A stretch of DNA of 64,000 nucleotides from an uncultured cyanobacterium (GCA_963706595.1 OY970166.1:384001-448000); one strand, 5' to 3'. Counted from the stretch's first letter, positions 49,313-61,627 are shown. Notes: a model not told the origin generated them from the sequence alone. Numbers and translations: made by a program.

Positions 49313-49504
49313 ATGAAAATAGTGCGTTTACTTTTAGGTTTAGTTTTGCCTCCTTTAGGTGTATTTCTCACCGTGGGCGCTGGTCCAACTTTGTTGATTA
49401 ACATTTTACTGACACTTTTAGGTTGGCTTCCCGGTAGCATCCACGCAGTTTGGGTAATTGCTAAACATGAAGAACAAATGAATACAGAAAGAGGTAGTTA
49501 CTAA
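49313..49504 (+). CDS. YqaE/Pmp3 family membrane protein
   Basis: LPPLGVFL...INILLTLLGWLPGSIHA. Confidence 0.9.
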   Translation: MKIVRLLLGLVLPPLGVFLTVGAGPTLLINILLTLLGWLPGSIHAVWVIAKHEEQMNTERGSY

Positions 49505-49604
49505 AATTGTCTAGGTAAATAAAGTTTGTAGTGAGGACTTTAGTCCTCTAAAAAAAAGGTAAAACCCTTACTACAAGCTTATTTAACTTTTCCCTAGAAC
49601 ACAC

Positions 49605-50405
49605 CTACTTCTTAGTAAGTTCCTGATGTTTATCAGCAGGTTCTTTCTCTTTGAACATATCAGCCGTTGATAGCAGCAACTCCCGTAAAGTTTGTTTAAT
49701 TTGACGCTCTTTTCTAGCTATAGCCGAACCAGCTTCACCTAGTTTATCTTCTAGTTGCGATCGCTTCTCGTCTACTTGTGTCGCCACAGCTTCAGCTTGT
49801 GGACGAGCTTGATCATACCAGTGTTTTGCCTCATCGATATAATCCTTCACTTCACCGTCCCGTCCGCCGTAACGCGCCGCCAAATTCGCTCTGACAATAG
49901 AGAGTTGCGCTTGTAATTGAGCGTAACGTTTCTTTAACAAAGAAACCTCTTCACTATCCCTAATAGCATTAATCGCAGAGGCGATCGCATTTTTAGTCGC
50001 ATCAGTTTCGCCCTTGCCAGTATCTTCAATTTCTGCTAAAATACCATCAACTTCCTGCTGAATTTGTTCCTCTTCATTATCCAATTGAGCTTGTAGCTTT
50101 TTCAGTTCCGCCTGAGTTTGGACTATAGAGTTGTGTCTTTTACTGTTAACACCTTCCAGCGCCCCTTCAATTGAAGCAGTCACCTCTTCTCTGATTTCCG
50201 CACCCTTGTCTTGAAAGTTTTCAATCACAGCAGAAACCGCATCTTTTACCAGATAACGAATATCACTAGAACCTGCTTTCAACTCCGAACTTAGCTGGGA
50301 AACAGCAGACTTAACAATTTCGCGAATGCGCTCAGTTCTTAACTGTCCAGTTTCTTTAACCTGTTGCAAGTCAGTTTGAATTTGCTCTTTAATATTGTTA
50401 GGCAT
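49605..50405 (-). CDS. Coiled-coil hypothetical protein
   Basis: 266-aa helical ORF with ribosome binding site. Confidence 0.7.
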   Translation of the reverse strand: MPNNIKEQIQTDLQQVKETGQLRTERIREIVKSAVSQLSSELKAGSSDIRYLVKDAVSAVIENFQDKGAEIREEVTASIEGALEGVNSKRHNSIVQTQAELKKLQAQLDNEEEQIQQEVDGILAEIEDTGKGETDATKNAIASAINAIRDSEEVSLLKKRYAQLQAQLSIVRANLAARYGGRDGEVKDYIDEAKHWYDQARPQAEAVATQVDEKRSQLEDKLGEAGSAIARKERQIKQTLRELLLSTADMFKEKEPADKHQELTKK

Positions 50406-50802
50406 TTTTAACCTTTCCTATTTAGCTAATGGGATAAAATTTTCCAGACATTATCTTCCATCTACATTATGATAGAGGGTTTGAGAAATAGACACCTCCT
50501 ATAGATAGAAAAGCGAGATAATTCCCTATTACAGCAGATGACTTCTTTCATTTGAGTTAAATAGACAAAGGCGGGCAGGATGCTCACCCCACAAGATTTA
50601 CAATTTAAAACATAGGACTCCTATTTGATTTCTGTTGGCGTAGCCTGCGCTTTGCGCTTACAACTCAATACAACTCAAAATGGCTTTTTCCCACTCCCCA
50701 CCTACGCAAGCTATCAAAAATCAAAGCGGATTACTATATCTAAAAACTTGGTGTACCCTTTGTGAGATAATCAGTATTAATAGCTAGTAAACGAGATCAA
50801 TT

Positions 50803-51027
50803 ATGTGGCGGGTTAATGTGACTTGTTCCGGTGATGCTTGGAAACAACACGGTGCTAACTTCAAATCGATGTCAGACAAGTATCAAGGCGAGTGTATTTC
50901 TTCCAAGAAAATGCCAGATGGCACGCGGATTATGGGATATAAAATCGAAGATGTCAGCGATGCTGAGGCTTTTCAAGAAGACTGTGCAAACTTGTCTGGA
51001 TTTACCGCCGACTTTGAAGCTTTGTAA
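50803..51027 (+). CDS. Small conserved hypothetical protein
   Basis: 74-aa ORF upstream of leuS. Confidence 0.6.
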   Translation: MWRVNVTCSGDAWKQHGANFKSMSDKYQGECISSKKMPDGTRIMGYKIEDVSDAEAFQEDCANLSGFTADFEAL

Positions 51028-51180
51028 CTTAGCTGTCACATTAGTATCAAGAGTTATTAACTGGGATAATTCACAGGGTTTGAACCTACCCACAGGAAAT
51101 ATTGTTTTTGATCAACTCAATACAGTATCTAGCATCTACAATATGTAAGCAGACACGATTACAGTCCCGTAGGAGAATTT

Positions 51181-53805
51181 TTGGTGGATTCCCGATATAA
51201 CCCAGCAGACATTGAGGAAAAATGGCAACAAACATGGGCAGAACTTGGCTTAGATAAGACACCTGCAAATAGTCACAAGCCCAAATTCTACGCTCTTTCC
51301 ATGTTCCCTTACCCATCGGGCAGCCTCCACATGGGTCACGTCCGTAATTACACAATTACCGATGTGATTGCACGCCTCAAGCGAATGCAAGGGTATAAAG
51401 TGCTGCATCCAATGGGTTGGGATGCCTTTGGTTTACCAGCAGAAAACGCCGCCATTGACCGAGGAGTTCCCCCAGCCAAGTGGACTTATCAAAATATCGC
51501 TCAAATGCGGCAGCAATTAAAACGTTTGGGTTTGGCTATCGACTGGGAAAGCGAACTTGCGACTTGTTCACCAGATTATTATAAGTGGACACAATGGATT
51601 TTCTTGCAATTCTGGCAAGCCGGATTAGCTTATCAAAAAGAAGCCGCAGTCAACTGGGACCCCATCGACCAAACTGTAATCGCCAATGAACAAGTTGATA
51701 ACGAAGGACGTTCTTGGCGCAGTGGCGCAAAAGTTGAACGCAAACTGTTACGGCAGTGGTTTTTAAAGATTACCGACTACGCCGAAGAATTACTGAATGA
51801 TTTAGATAAATTAACAGGTTGGCCGGAACGGGTCAAATTAATGCAGGCTAATTGGATTGGTAAATCCACAGGCGCTTATTTAGAATTTCCTGTAGTGGGG
51901 ATGGATGAAAAAATCGCTGTTTACACCACCCGCCCAGATACAGTATATGGTGTCAGCTATTTGGTACTAGCACCAGAACATCCTTTAACCCAAGTTGTCA
52001 CTACCCCAGAACAAAAAGCCGCCGTAGCCGCATTTATTCAAGAAGTTTCTCAGCAAAGCGAATTAGAACGTACAGCCGAAGACAAACCCAAGCGGGGTAT
52101 CCCCACCGGTGGTAAAGTTTTCAACCCCTTTACAGGGGAAGAAGTACCCATCTGGATTGCCGATTATGTACTGTATGAATATGGTACGGGTGCAGTCATG
52201 GGTGTACCTGCTCATGATGTGCGAGATTTTAAATTTGCCCGCGTTTATAATTTACCTATTGAGTTTGTGATTGCTGCGCCTGAAGATGTAGCAGATTTTG
52301 ACTTAACGCCAACATCAGAAACAGAAGAAATCACAAAACTGATTAAAATTGAATATAACGAAGCATATACAGAACCAGGAATTTTAATTAATTCTGGCTC
52401 TTTTACAGGCATGAATTCCCCAGATGCCAAAGCTGCAATTATTAAATATGCTGAAGAACAAAATTTTGGCAAACTACGAATTCAGTACCGCTTGCGCGAT
52501 TGGTTAATTTCCCGACAACGGTATTGGGGCGCACCCATCCCAGTCATTCACTGCCCAAATTGTGGCATAGTTCCAGTCCCAGATGAGGATTTGCCAGTTA
52601 AATTACCCGAAGAAGTGGAATTAACTGGACGTGGTGGTTCACCTTTGACTCAGTTAGAAAGCTGGGTAAATGTCCCTTGTCCCACTTGCGGCACTCCAGC
52701 CAAGCGAGAAACCGATACAATGGATACCTTCATTGATTCCTCGTGGTATTTCTTGCGCTATCCTGATGCACAAAATGAACAACAGGTATTTGACCCTGCT
52801 AAAACTAATGAGTGGATGCCTGTAGACCAGTATGTGGGTGGCATTGAACACGCCATTTTACATTTATTATATTCCAGATTCTTTACTAAGGTACTGCGCG
52901 ATCGCGGCTTATTAAACTTTGATGAACCCTTTCAACGCCTGTTAACTCAAGGTATGGTACAGGGTTTAACTTACATGAATCCGAATAAGGGCGGTAAAGA
53001 TAAATGGGTTCCTTCTAATTTGGTGAATGCAGCCGACCCCCGCGACCCCCAGACAGGTGAACCATTGCAACGCCTGTATGCCACCATGTCTAAGTCTAAG
53101 GGTAATGGTGTAGCACCAGAAGACGTAATTAGTAAGTATGGTGTTGATACGGCGCGGATGTTTATTTTATTCAAAGCACCCCCAGAAAAAGACCTAGAAT
53201 GGGATGAAGCCGATGTCGAAGGGCAATTTCGCTTTTTAAATCGGGTATGGCGCTTGGTGACAGATTATGCTGCGCCTGGGGTATCACGGAAGAAAGCCGA
53301 TATTGCTAATTTAAGTAAGCCAGAAAAGGAATTACGGCGAGCAATTCATACGGCTATTCAAGCTGTCACAGAAGATTTGGAAGACGACTATCAATTCAAT
53401 ACAGCCGTTTCGGAATTGATGAAGTTAAGTAATGCCCTAAGTGATGCCGACTGCAAAAATTCACCAATTTATGCTGAAGGTATTCAGACTTTAGTGATTA
53501 TGTTAGCGCCTTTTGCCCCACACATTGCTGATGAATTGTGGCAGTCATTGGGTAATACTAATTCCATCCACACTCAAACTTGGCCATCTTTTGACCCGGC
53601 GGCTTTGGTAGCTGACGAAATTACTTTGGTAATTCAAATTAACGGTAAAAAACGTGCTGATATTGAAGTTCCTGCACAAGCTGATAAAGCAGAGTTGGAG
53701 AAGTACGCCCGTGAATCGGAATTAGTTCAGCGCTACATTGAAGGGAAGGAAATTAAAAAGGTGATTGTGGTTCCTGGAAGGTTGGTGAATTTTGTAGTCG
53801 TTTAA
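51181..53805 (+). CDS. leuS: Leucine--tRNA ligase
   Basis: MFPYPSG.LHMGH, TMSKS. Confidence 0.97.
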   Translation: MVDSRYNPADIEEKWQQTWAELGLDKTPANSHKPKFYALSMFPYPSGSLHMGHVRNYTITDVIARLKRMQGYKVLHPMGWDAFGLPAENAAIDRGVPPAKWTYQNIAQMRQQLKRLGLAIDWESELATCSPDYYKWTQWIFLQFWQAGLAYQKEAAVNWDPIDQTVIANEQVDNEGRSWRSGAKVERKLLRQWFLKITDYAEELLNDLDKLTGWPERVKLMQANWIGKSTGAYLEFPVVGMDEKIAVYTTRPDTVYGVSYLVLAPEHPLTQVVTTPEQKAAVAAFIQEVSQQSELERTAEDKPKRGIPTGGKVFNPFTGEEVPIWIADYVLYEYGTGAVMGVPAHDVRDFKFARVYNLPIEFVIAAPEDVADFDLTPTSETEEITKLIKIEYNEAYTEPGILINSGSFTGMNSPDAKAAIIKYAEEQNFGKLRIQYRLRDWLISRQRYWGAPIPVIHCPNCGIVPVPDEDLPVKLPEEVELTGRGGSPLTQLESWVNVPCPTCGTPAKRETDTMDTFIDSSWYFLRYPDAQNEQQVFDPAKTNEWMPVDQYVGGIEHAILHLLYSRFFTKVLRDRGLLNFDEPFQRLLTQGMVQGLTYMNPNKGGKDKWVPSNLVNAADPRDPQTGEPLQRLYATMSKSKGNGVAPEDVISKYGVDTARMFILFKAPPEKDLEWDEADVEGQFRFLNRVWRLVTDYAAPGVSRKKADIANLSKPEKELRRAIHTAIQAVTEDLEDDYQFNTAVSELMKLSNALSDADCKNSPIYAEGIQTLVIMLAPFAPHIADELWQSLGNTNSIHTQTWPSFDPAALVADEITLVIQINGKKRADIEVPAQADKAELEKYARESELVQRYIEGKEIKKVIVVPGRLVNFVVV

Positions 53806-53947
53806 ACAGAATAGGGATTTAATAAAAGAACCTCACCCCCAACCCCTCTCCTTAGCAAGGAGAGGGGAGATTAAGTGAAAATAAATCAAATAAAACAATT
53901 CAACATCCTAATTTATTGGCGTTTATTGGCGGTTAATTATTCTGACC

Positions 53948-54102
53948 TACAGCAGTTTTTATGTATTTGAACCACAATTATTAGACCTAACCCCCAGCCC
54001 CTTCCCTACAAGGGAAGGGGGGTCAATCAAAGCCTCTCTCCTTGCAGGAGAGAGGTTTGGAGAGAGGTCGGTTTGTGGTCTATTTACCTGAAAATAGCTG
54101 TA
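53948..54102. mobile_element. MITE sharing its core with 31247-31392
   Basis: TACAGCAGTTTT...AAAATAGCTGTA ends; CCCCTTCCCTACAAGGGAAGGGG core. Confidence 0.7.
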
Positions 54103-54127
54103 AACGAAGGAAATATAAATTTTAAGC

Positions 54128-55129
54128 ATGAAGGTTCCAGAAGATAAGGCACGAAAGATAGCAAGTAAAGAGCATAATAGTTATCTTTCTGAAATAATTG
54201 CACCGCACAAAGCTACCCAGTCGGCTCCATCTTCACTATTACAAACTTTTTCGGAAGATTTAAAATATAATCTCTCTGTTAAACAAAAAGTTTTAGAAAC
54301 AGAATTATTTAAAGTTTTAGGTAATCCATTTTATGCTGACAATGGATTTATTCTTTATCACGGTGATTCAACGGATTTTTTACATAAACTAAGTTCAACA
54401 AATATAAATATTGATTTAACTGTTACGTCTCCGCCCTATAACATTGGCAAAGAATATGAAGCACGAATTTCTGTAGATGAGTATGTTGAAAGTTGTTCAC
54501 AATGGATGTCTCAAATTTATAAAATTACCAAACCTGATGGGGCATTTTGGTTAAATGTGGGGCATTTTGAAGTTCCCGACAAAGGTTTATGTGTACCTAT
54601 ACCTTATTTATTATGGGATAAGTCACTGTTCTATTTACTCCAAGAGGTGGTTTGGCAATATGGCGCTGGTGTTTCCACAAAATATCGTCTCAGTCCACGT
54701 AATGAAAAATGGCTTTTTTATATTAAGAACTCTCAGAAGTATACTTTCAATTTAGATGAAATTCGTGACCCAAATGTGAAATATCCTAATCAGAAAAAAA
54801 AAGGTAAATTTAGATGTAATCCTCTGGGTAAAAATCCCTCTGATGTTTGGGAGTTTCCTAAAATAACTACGGGTGAAAAACGCAGTTCTAAGGAGCGCAC
54901 TGGACATCCGGCACAGTTTCCTTTAGGTATTGTGGAAAGAGTTGTCAAAGCTTCTTCAAATCAACTGGAAGTGGTGCTTGACCCTTTTGCTGGTTCTGGT
55001 TCTACTGGGATTGCAGCAGCAGGTTTAGGACGGATATTTTTAGGTTTTGAAATTAAGTCTGATTACTGCAAAATGGCGGTGGATAGATTTAAGGCTTTTC
55101 AGGTTGAAAGGGAGAGTTTTTCTGAATAG
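54128..55129 (+). CDS. Orphan beta-class amino-methyltransferase (likely N4-cytosine)
   Basis: TSPPY precedes HPAQFP and DPFAGSG. Confidence 0.88.
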   Translation: MKVPEDKARKIASKEHNSYLSEIIAPHKATQSAPSSLLQTFSEDLKYNLSVKQKVLETELFKVLGNPFYADNGFILYHGDSTDFLHKLSSTNINIDLTVTSPPYNIGKEYEARISVDEYVESCSQWMSQIYKITKPDGAFWLNVGHFEVPDKGLCVPIPYLLWDKSLFYLLQEVVWQYGAGVSTKYRLSPRNEKWLFYIKNSQKYTFNLDEIRDPNVKYPNQKKKGKFRCNPLGKNPSDVWEFPKITTGEKRSSKERTGHPAQFPLGIVERVVKASSNQLEVVLDPFAGSGSTGIAAAGLGRIFLGFEIKSDYCKMAVDRFKAFQVERESFSE

Positions 55130-55264
55130 AAATAACTATAAAGATATGAATTTGTATCACTCAGAGGCGCAGAGGCGCAGAGAGGAGGAATTAGAGAAAT
55201 GTAATTTTAATTTTTTTATACTTATAACATGATTATGACAAGTTTTAACTTAATTTTACAATTT

Positions 55265-55858
55265 TTATTCATCTATTTCGTTTTCGGTGGTTTCGGGTTC
55301 AAACTGCACTTGTCGGTACAAATGAGCGATCGCTATTTCTACATCTACTGATTCTAGTCGCAATCTATCGTTTAAATTATACTCTGATAGTACCCATTGC
55401 CCCTGTTGGTTGCGCCGAAATACTTCTACTAATGGTGGCGCTACTTGGACTAAGACATATTCTTCTAAGGTGGGCGATTGGCGATATTTGGCAAACTTCT
55501 TTCCCCTATCGGCTGCTTCGGTGGAAGGTGATAGCACTTCGATGATTAAGCAGGGAAATTGTATCAATTGTGGATCGCGATCGCGCTGATCGCAAGTCAC
55601 CACCACATCGGGATAAAAATACTTCTGCCCTGGTTCTACCTGCACCTTCACATCTACAATGTAGACTTCACAGGAACGCTCTGCTAAGGCATCATCTAGA
55701 AGCTTTGAGAAATTAAGAGAAACCCGATTATGGTTGCGTGTACCACCACTCATGGCCACAACTTCGCCATCCCAATACTCGTAGCGTTGCTCTTGGGTGG
55801 GTTCCCACAGCAGATATTCTTCTGCGCTCATTGAAATATAATCGGGTAAAGCAACCAT
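55265..55858 (-). CDS. Uma2 family endonuclease-like protein
   Basis: YPDVVVTCD, EVLSPST..DRG.K. Confidence 0.9.
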   Translation of the reverse strand: MVALPDYISMSAEEYLLWEPTQEQRYEYWDGEVVAMSGGTRNHNRVSLNFSKLLDDALAERSCEVYIVDVKVQVEPGQKYFYPDVVVTCDQRDRDPQLIQFPCLIIEVLSPSTEAADRGKKFAKYRQSPTLEEYVLVQVAPPLVEVFRRNQQGQWVLSEYNLNDRLRLESVDVEIAIAHLYRQVQFEPETTENEIDE

Positions 55859-56221
55859 CGGCGTGATTGGGGAATGATTTACTTTTCTAGGATAGCGAAA
55901 ACGGGGCAGTATCTACGGTAAGCTACGCTAACACAACACAAGTCTTTCGTGAAATGGTTGATCGGATAAATTATGTTTAAGGTTTTGTTACTAAAAATAC
56001 TCCCATAGCAATCATTACACAGCCAGCAGCAATAGTTTCTACTAAAAACTAAAAATGGGTAGTTATAGAATACACACCCACTTTTTTCAAAACTTTTGTA
56101 AATTAAAGTCTAGTGTACTCCAGCAATTGCAGTTACACCTGCTACACCGCTAACTCCACCAAGTGTAGCTCCGATAGCAGGACACATTGGAGCCAAATAA
56201 GCTTATCTTAGCTGAGTGTGA

Positions 56222-56431
56222 CTACTCCAAATTTTTCTCCGTCAACCCAGCATCCTTCAAGATGCTTTTTAAAGTCCCTTTCGGCAAATCACGATTACTA
56301 TGAACTGGAATAGAAAGGATGACCTCAACACCCGTTTTTGCATAAATGTGATGGCTGCCAGTAATTCGTTTTACCTCCCAGCCATGTCTTTCCACAATCT
56401 TGCAAAGTTCCTTACCAGAAACAGCTTTCAT
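56222..56431 (-). CDS. hicA: HicA toxin
   Basis: GSHH, IPVH..DL.KGTL.SI. Confidence 0.9.
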   Translation of the reverse strand: MKAVSGKELCKIVERHGWEVKRITGSHHIYAKTGVEVILSIPVHSNRDLPKGTLKSILKDAGLTEKNLE

Positions 56432-56628
56432 AGAGATAGCTCAACCAATTGTTTTTCTGGTTCACTCGTCTCTCGCTCACTGGCAACATCCAACCAACCT
56501 TGAACAGCATCTTGCAGCATTTCCAATAGATGTTCGTAGCTGTCTCCCCAAGTGTGACAACCTGGTAAAGCAGGCACAGAACCACACCAAACACCATCTT
56601 CCTGCCAAATCAAAGCTTTGATTTTCAT
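56428..56628 (-). CDS. hicB: HicB antitoxin
   Basis: VPALPGCHTWGD. Confidence 0.9.
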   Translation of the reverse strand: MKIKALIWQEDGVWCGSVPALPGCHTWGDSYEHLLEMLQDAVQGWLDVASERETSEPEKQLVELSL

Positions 56629-56696
56629 AACTGATGCTCAAAATATTGTCATGTCTACATTTTAATAGATTTGACAGGTTTACAATATTGAAAACA

Positions 56697-58694
56697 CTAA
56701 CGTCCTAGCATTTTATCTCGCAGATGCTTGATGCGATCGCGCAATTTTCCCGCCTCTTCAAATTCTAATTTCTTCGCTGCATCTTTCATCTGTGCTTCTA
56801 ACTTGCCAATCAACCCTGGAATTTCTTCTAAAGGCAGTTCATCTATATGTTCATCAACCACTTTTAAATCAGTTGCATTTAATCGCCGAGAAACATCTAA
56901 AAAAGATAAAATGGCATTACTTGATCTTTTAATAATCGGTTGTGGTGTAATCCCATGCGTCCGGTTATATGCCATCTGAATGCCCCGCCTTCGATCGGTT
57001 TCATCAATGGCTCTAATCATGCTGCCTGTCATATTATCAGCATACATAATTGCTTGTCCCCGGATGTGCCGCGCAGCTCTCCCAATAGTTTGAATTAAAG
57101 AACGCTCGGCGCGTAAAAAGCCTTCTTTATCTGCATCCATAATTACGACTAAGGAAACCTCCGGTAAATCTAAGCCTTCCCGTAACAAGTTCACACCCAC
57201 CAAAACATCAAATTTACCCGCACGTAAATCTTGCAAAATCTCAATGCGCTCAATGGAATTAATCTCTGAATGCAAATAACGGACTTTTATACTATGGTCT
57301 TGCAGATACTCAGTCAAATCTTCCGCCATGCGCTTGGTTAATGTGGTAATTAACACTCGTTCTTGACGGTCAACTCTATCTTTAATTTCCCCTAATAAAT
57401 CATCAATTTGTCCTTCTGTGGGACGCACGGAAATTTCTGGATCAATTACTCCAGTTGGTCGAATTATTTGGTCAGCAATATGACCTTCAGATATTTCTAA
57501 TTCCCAATTTCCTGGTGTGGCGGAAACAAAAATGCACTGATTTACTTTTTGCCAAAATTCTTCTGCTTGTAACGGTCTGTTATCAGCAGCACTGGGAAGG
57601 CGAAATCCATGCTCAATTAAAACTCTTTTTCTGGCTTGGTCGCCGTTATACATCCCGCGAATTTGGGGTACGGTAACGTGAGATTCATCGATAACTAACA
57701 GCCAATCTTTGGGGAAATAATCAATTAAACACTCTGGTGGTGCGCCGGCTTGTCTTCCTGCTAAGTGGCGAGAATAGTTCTCTACACCGTTACAGAAACC
57801 AACTTCGCGCAACATTTCCAAGTCATAACGTGTGCGTTGGTCGATGCGTTGTGCTTCTAATAATTTCCCCGCTTGTTCTAGTTGTGCTTGTTGTTGCTTT
57901 AATTCGGCGGCAATTTCATCACAAGCTATCTCTAAGCGTTCCTGTGGGGTGACAAAGTGACGCGCTGGGTAAACGTTGACAGCTTCTAAACTGCGGATAA
58001 TTTCCCCTGTCACCGGGTCAATATAGCGAATCGCGTCTATTTCATCGCCAAAGAATTCTACACGGATAATTCGGTCTTCGTAGGCAGGACCAATTTCTAA
58101 AACATCACCCCGGACGCGAAAACGTCCCCGACCCATTTCTATGTCGTTGCGGCTATACTGCACTGATGCCAAATCTCGTAAAATTTGGCGCTGGTTGACT
58201 TCCATCCCGATTTGGAAAGGAATGGCGGCTTTGAGATATTCTGAGGGAATCCCCAAACCGTAGATGCAGCTAATGGAAGCAACTACAATTACGTCACGGC
58301 GTTCAAAGAGCGATCGCGTCGCTGAATGCCGTAACATATCTATTTCATCATTAATCGAAGATGTTTTTTCAATATAAGTATCGCTCACCGGAATATAGGC
58401 TTCTGGCTGATAGTAATCGTAATAGCTGACAAAATACTCAACGGCGTTATGAGGGAAGAATTCCCGTAATTCATTACACAGTTGTGCCGCCAAAGTTTTA
58501 TTATGGGCTAGTACCAAAGTCGGTCTACCCACTTTTTCAATGACTGCGGCGATGGAAAATGTTTTACCGGTTCCCGTCGCGCCGAGTAAAGTTTGGTAAC
58601 GATTGCCAGATTGGATACTGCTGGTTAGCTGTGCGATCGCCTGTGGTTGGTCGCCTGTGGGAATAAAGGGAGCTTGAAGACAAAATCCTGTCAT
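56697..58694 (-). CDS. uvrB: Excinuclease ABC subunit B
   Basis: [22 protein letters not shown]. Confidence 0.97.
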   Translation of the reverse strand: MTGFCLQAPFIPTGDQPQAIAQLTSSIQSGNRYQTLLGATGTGKTFSIAAVIEKVGRPTLVLAHNKTLAAQLCNELREFFPHNAVEYFVSYYDYYQPEAYIPVSDTYIEKTSSINDEIDMLRHSATRSLFERRDVIVVASISCIYGLGIPSEYLKAAIPFQIGMEVNQRQILRDLASVQYSRNDIEMGRGRFRVRGDVLEIGPAYEDRIIRVEFFGDEIDAIRYIDPVTGEIIRSLEAVNVYPARHFVTPQERLEIACDEIAAELKQQQAQLEQAGKLLEAQRIDQRTRYDLEMLREVGFCNGVENYSRHLAGRQAGAPPECLIDYFPKDWLLVIDESHVTVPQIRGMYNGDQARKRVLIEHGFRLPSAADNRPLQAEEFWQKVNQCIFVSATPGNWELEISEGHIADQIIRPTGVIDPEISVRPTEGQIDDLLGEIKDRVDRQERVLITTLTKRMAEDLTEYLQDHSIKVRYLHSEINSIERIEILQDLRAGKFDVLVGVNLLREGLDLPEVSLVVIMDADKEGFLRAERSLIQTIGRAARHIRGQAIMYADNMTGSMIRAIDETDRRRGIQMAYNRTHGITPQPIIKRSSNAILSFLDVSRRLNATDLKVVDEHIDELPLEEIPGLIGKLEAQMKDAAKKLEFEEAGKLRDRIKHLRDKMLGR

Positions 58695-58954
58695 ACAGTT
58701 GTTTTCAATCTGTTGAAAATACCATATCTCATGGTAACGATACTGTTGCGCCCCTGCTGAAGTTAGGTAATCAAACTAATAAATAGCAATATTATTTTAC
58801 AAAATTTTACAATTTAAATTTACTTATGTATCAGTTTTAAATATACTTATATATTTACAAGCTTTTTTCAGGTTACACTCTTGATGCATGGAAAAAAAAT
58901 TAATTTTTCCTTCATTATTGTAAAATTCAGTTAATAAACCAGAGGTATCGGTTT

Positions 58955-59422
58955 ATGAGTATCAGCAGTACTGGCAAAGAAATCGATCCTCAACAACAGG
59001 ATACCAAGCTAAAGGGAGAAAATACAGTGGAAGTTGAAAATAAGCAGGATAATAGTTTGAATCCAGATAAAACCGAAAAAAGCTCTGATCTCCCAGTGAA
59101 GAAAGACGAAGGGAAGCTAGCCGTTGCAGGAGTTCGTCCCATAGGTAGCAGTGGTCTGCAAATTGCTGGGACAGTTCAAATTTCTGGAATCCGCCCTATT
59201 GGTGTCAGTACTTTGGTAGTAGCGGATACAGTTAATATTATGGGAATTCGCCCCATTGGCGGTCATACATTTGACATTGTTGACACGATGAACTTATCTG
59301 GTATTCGTCCCATTGGTTCGAGTACACTAGCAATTTCTGATAGCTATTCCTCCTTCGGGAACCGTCCCACAGCACCCAATGATGTTGATGAGTCGGAAGT
59401 TCTGATGGGTTTTCTCGATTAG
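58955..59422 (+). CDS. Hypothetical protein with five GxRP repeats
   Basis: GVRPIG, GIRPIG x3, GNRP at about 19-aa spacing. Confidence 0.7.
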   Translation: MSISSTGKEIDPQQQDTKLKGENTVEVENKQDNSLNPDKTEKSSDLPVKKDEGKLAVAGVRPIGSSGLQIAGTVQISGIRPIGVSTLVVADTVNIMGIRPIGGHTFDIVDTMNLSGIRPIGSSTLAISDSYSSFGNRPTAPNDVDESEVLMGFLD

Positions 59423-59448
59423 TCTCTCAAAATACTATAGCTACCATT

Positions 59449-59478
59449 ACCCGGTTTGATAACATGACCGGGTTTTTT
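59449..59478 (+). terminator. Intrinsic terminator
   Basis: ACCCGGT-loop-ACCGGGT followed by a T run. Confidence 0.7.
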
Positions 59479-59656
59479 AATCAAATAAAATATGCAACTT
59501 ACTTTTGTAATCATCCTTTTTATATAGATAACTAATGTACCCTATGGCGGAAGATAGTCATGCAAAATTTAACTACAGTATAAAGGTAAGAAAAAACAGT
59601 TTTTCAAGCTAAATCATAGTTGAAAAGCTAGTTGTTGATCTAATTAGGAGTGCAAC

Positions 59657-59839
59657 ATGAGCATAGAAGATCGCGCTAAAGCTACTGGCAAAAATATTGA
59701 AGGGAAAGCTCAAGAAGCACTGGGCAATGTTACTGGAGATCCAGAAGATAAAGCCAAAGGTAAAGCCAAACAAGCCGAAAGTCAAGTGCGTCACGGAATA
59801 GAAGACGCGAAAGATAATGTCAAAGAAAAACTAAATTAG
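59657..59839 (+). CDS. csbD: CsbD family stress protein
   Basis: GKAQEALGNVTGD...G.AKQ. Confidence 0.88.
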   Translation: MSIEDRAKATGKNIEGKAQEALGNVTGDPEDKAKGKAKQAESQVRHGIEDAKDNVKEKLN

Positions 59840-60149
59840 ATATTGTATCTTTTGGCAAATATCTAGCGATATTACCGGGTTAAATCTGATTCTGCCAAGA
59901 TGAAAATAGTGGAAAAATCTTGGCTAAATCATTTTTCTTGGTGATTAAAGAGAATTTAGAAGTTATTAATCGTTACCTTGCTTTTTTACTGGCGCAGAGA
60001 ATGTAGTAGTAACGAGTTTTTTGTAATTCAGCGACAAAATATTTTTTATAGTTATATCTACACCAAACCCCGTTAATCAATTAAGTTTTTTTTGGTTCGT
60101 TGGAATCAAATTGCATAGTTGCTAATTATTTTACTATGAGAGGTAAGAA

Positions 60150-60587
60150 ATGAATCTGCTTGAGCAAGGTCGTAAAATTGCTACGGCTTTCATATTAGTT
60201 TTAGTGTTAACAATCACTACTGCTTGTGGTGGTGGGACTATAACCGAAGTTGACCGCACAGCTACCCCACCCATTGGCCGTGATGTCACTTATGCACAGC
60301 TAGAGCGAGGTAATACCCCATCCGGGCAAAATTTTGGTGACTGGGTTGTAGAAACATCTGGCGGATTAATTAAGGATGCTTATGTCCGCGATAACAATAA
60401 GCTAGGTGTGGTCATTTCTCCTGAAGTTAGCCCTAAAGAGGTGCGACCTCTAGCAAAATCTTTAGTTCAAGGTTTTGAAAAAAACTTTCCAGGGCAGAAT
60501 TTAAGTGTTTTGGTATATAGTCCAGACAAAAAGTTAATTTTAACTACTCAGTATGACAGGGCGACTAATCAAATTCAGTATAGCTAA
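60150..60587 (+). CDS. Putative lipoprotein
   Basis: Signal peptide with lipobox TTAC. Confidence 0.7.
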   Translation: MNLLEQGRKIATAFILVLVLTITTACGGGTITEVDRTATPPIGRDVTYAQLERGNTPSGQNFGDWVVETSGGLIKDAYVRDNNKLGVVISPEVSPKEVRPLAKSLVQGFEKNFPGQNLSVLVYSPDKKLILTTQYDRATNQIQYS

Positions 60588-60639
60588 TTTGATTCGGACT
60601 CAATCTTTCAGGTGATGGAAAAAAAAGGAGTTAAGTAAA

Positions 60640-61143
60640 GTGACAAGTAGTGAAGAGTACAGACGACAAGTTATGCAAGACTTGTCTGGGGGGAATGTAG
60701 AATCTCTTGATGATGCTTCCTATGACAACTTTGATGATTTTGCTCAGAGAACAACACCTGATCAACGTCGTCAGTTATTTGGTAAGTCTGCAAGTCCTGA
60801 ACGGATACCTGCTAGCCAAATGGAGCCAGAATTACAAAAAGCGATCGCGCAAATCAAACCCAATGAACGGGATGATGTCGCCAAGGCTTTTTTCAAAGAA
60901 TTTAAATCTAGAAATTTAGACGACAAACGCTTAGAACAACAATTAAATCTTTCCACTCGCAACCCTAACCGCATGACTGCTGATGATGTGAGTAAACTTG
61001 CATCTTTTGCTTATCACAATCACCCTGATATTTTCCGGGATGTACTGGCGGAACAACCAGCAATTATGAAGTTTCTCAGCAATCCCATTGTCGCCGGCTT
61101 GATTGGAGTTGCAGCAGCGAAGTGGTTCGGTAGTCGCAAGTAA
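60640..61143 (+). CDS. Hypothetical protein
   Basis: AAGGAG RBS, GTG start, 167 aa. Confidence 0.7.
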   Translation: MTSSEEYRRQVMQDLSGGNVESLDDASYDNFDDFAQRTTPDQRRQLFGKSASPERIPASQMEPELQKAIAQIKPNERDDVAKAFFKEFKSRNLDDKRLEQQLNLSTRNPNRMTADDVSKLASFAYHNHPDIFRDVLAEQPAIMKFLSNPIVAGLIGVAAAKWFGSRK

Positions 61144-61327
61144 GTGGGAAAGGTGGGTTACGCTGCGCTTTAGCAGAGCCAACCCCCCACACCCTTGTTT
61201 TTGACAATACCGATAGAGTTGTGCTGATTCCAATGATAGAAACTGGTTATCCTGCAATCTAGTTGAATCTGATATTCTGGAATTATTAAGCAATTCTTCA
61301 CACTTCTCAGAATTAAGGAGTTAAATC

Positions 61328-61627
61328 ATGAAATTAACTGCCACAAGATTCCTATTTGTCGGTGTTGTCATTTTGGCATCTGTACCAGCAATTGCTCAAA
61401 ATCAAGGTAACTCCTTTTCTGGTAGAGTTCAGCGAGTTTGGGAAGATGGATTTCGCTTAAACACCAGTGGTCGTTCCATCACAGTTGATACTTATGATAT
61501 CTGTGGAGATAATACTACCCAGTCCATATCGGCTGGTGATCAAGTAACCGTGACCGGCGAATTTGAGGTAGGCGAATTTGATGCCTTCTCTGTTACTAAA
61601 GCTAATGGTAAAAGTGTTTGCCAGTAG
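61328..61627 (+). CDS. Secreted OB-fold-like protein
   Basis: Signal peptide; SGRV...F.L...G..I.VD...GDQVTVTGE. Confidence 0.65.
   Translation: MKLTATRFLFVGVVILASVPAIAQNQGNSFSGRVQRVWEDGFRLNTSGRSITVDTYDICGDNTTQSISAGDQVTVTGEFEVGEFDAFSVTKANGKSVCQ

Noticed and set aside
56110..56190. Glycine-rich peptide MCPAIGATLGGVSGVAGVTAIAGVH on the minus strand
   Set aside because: Too short, no clear RBS; probably a gene fragment
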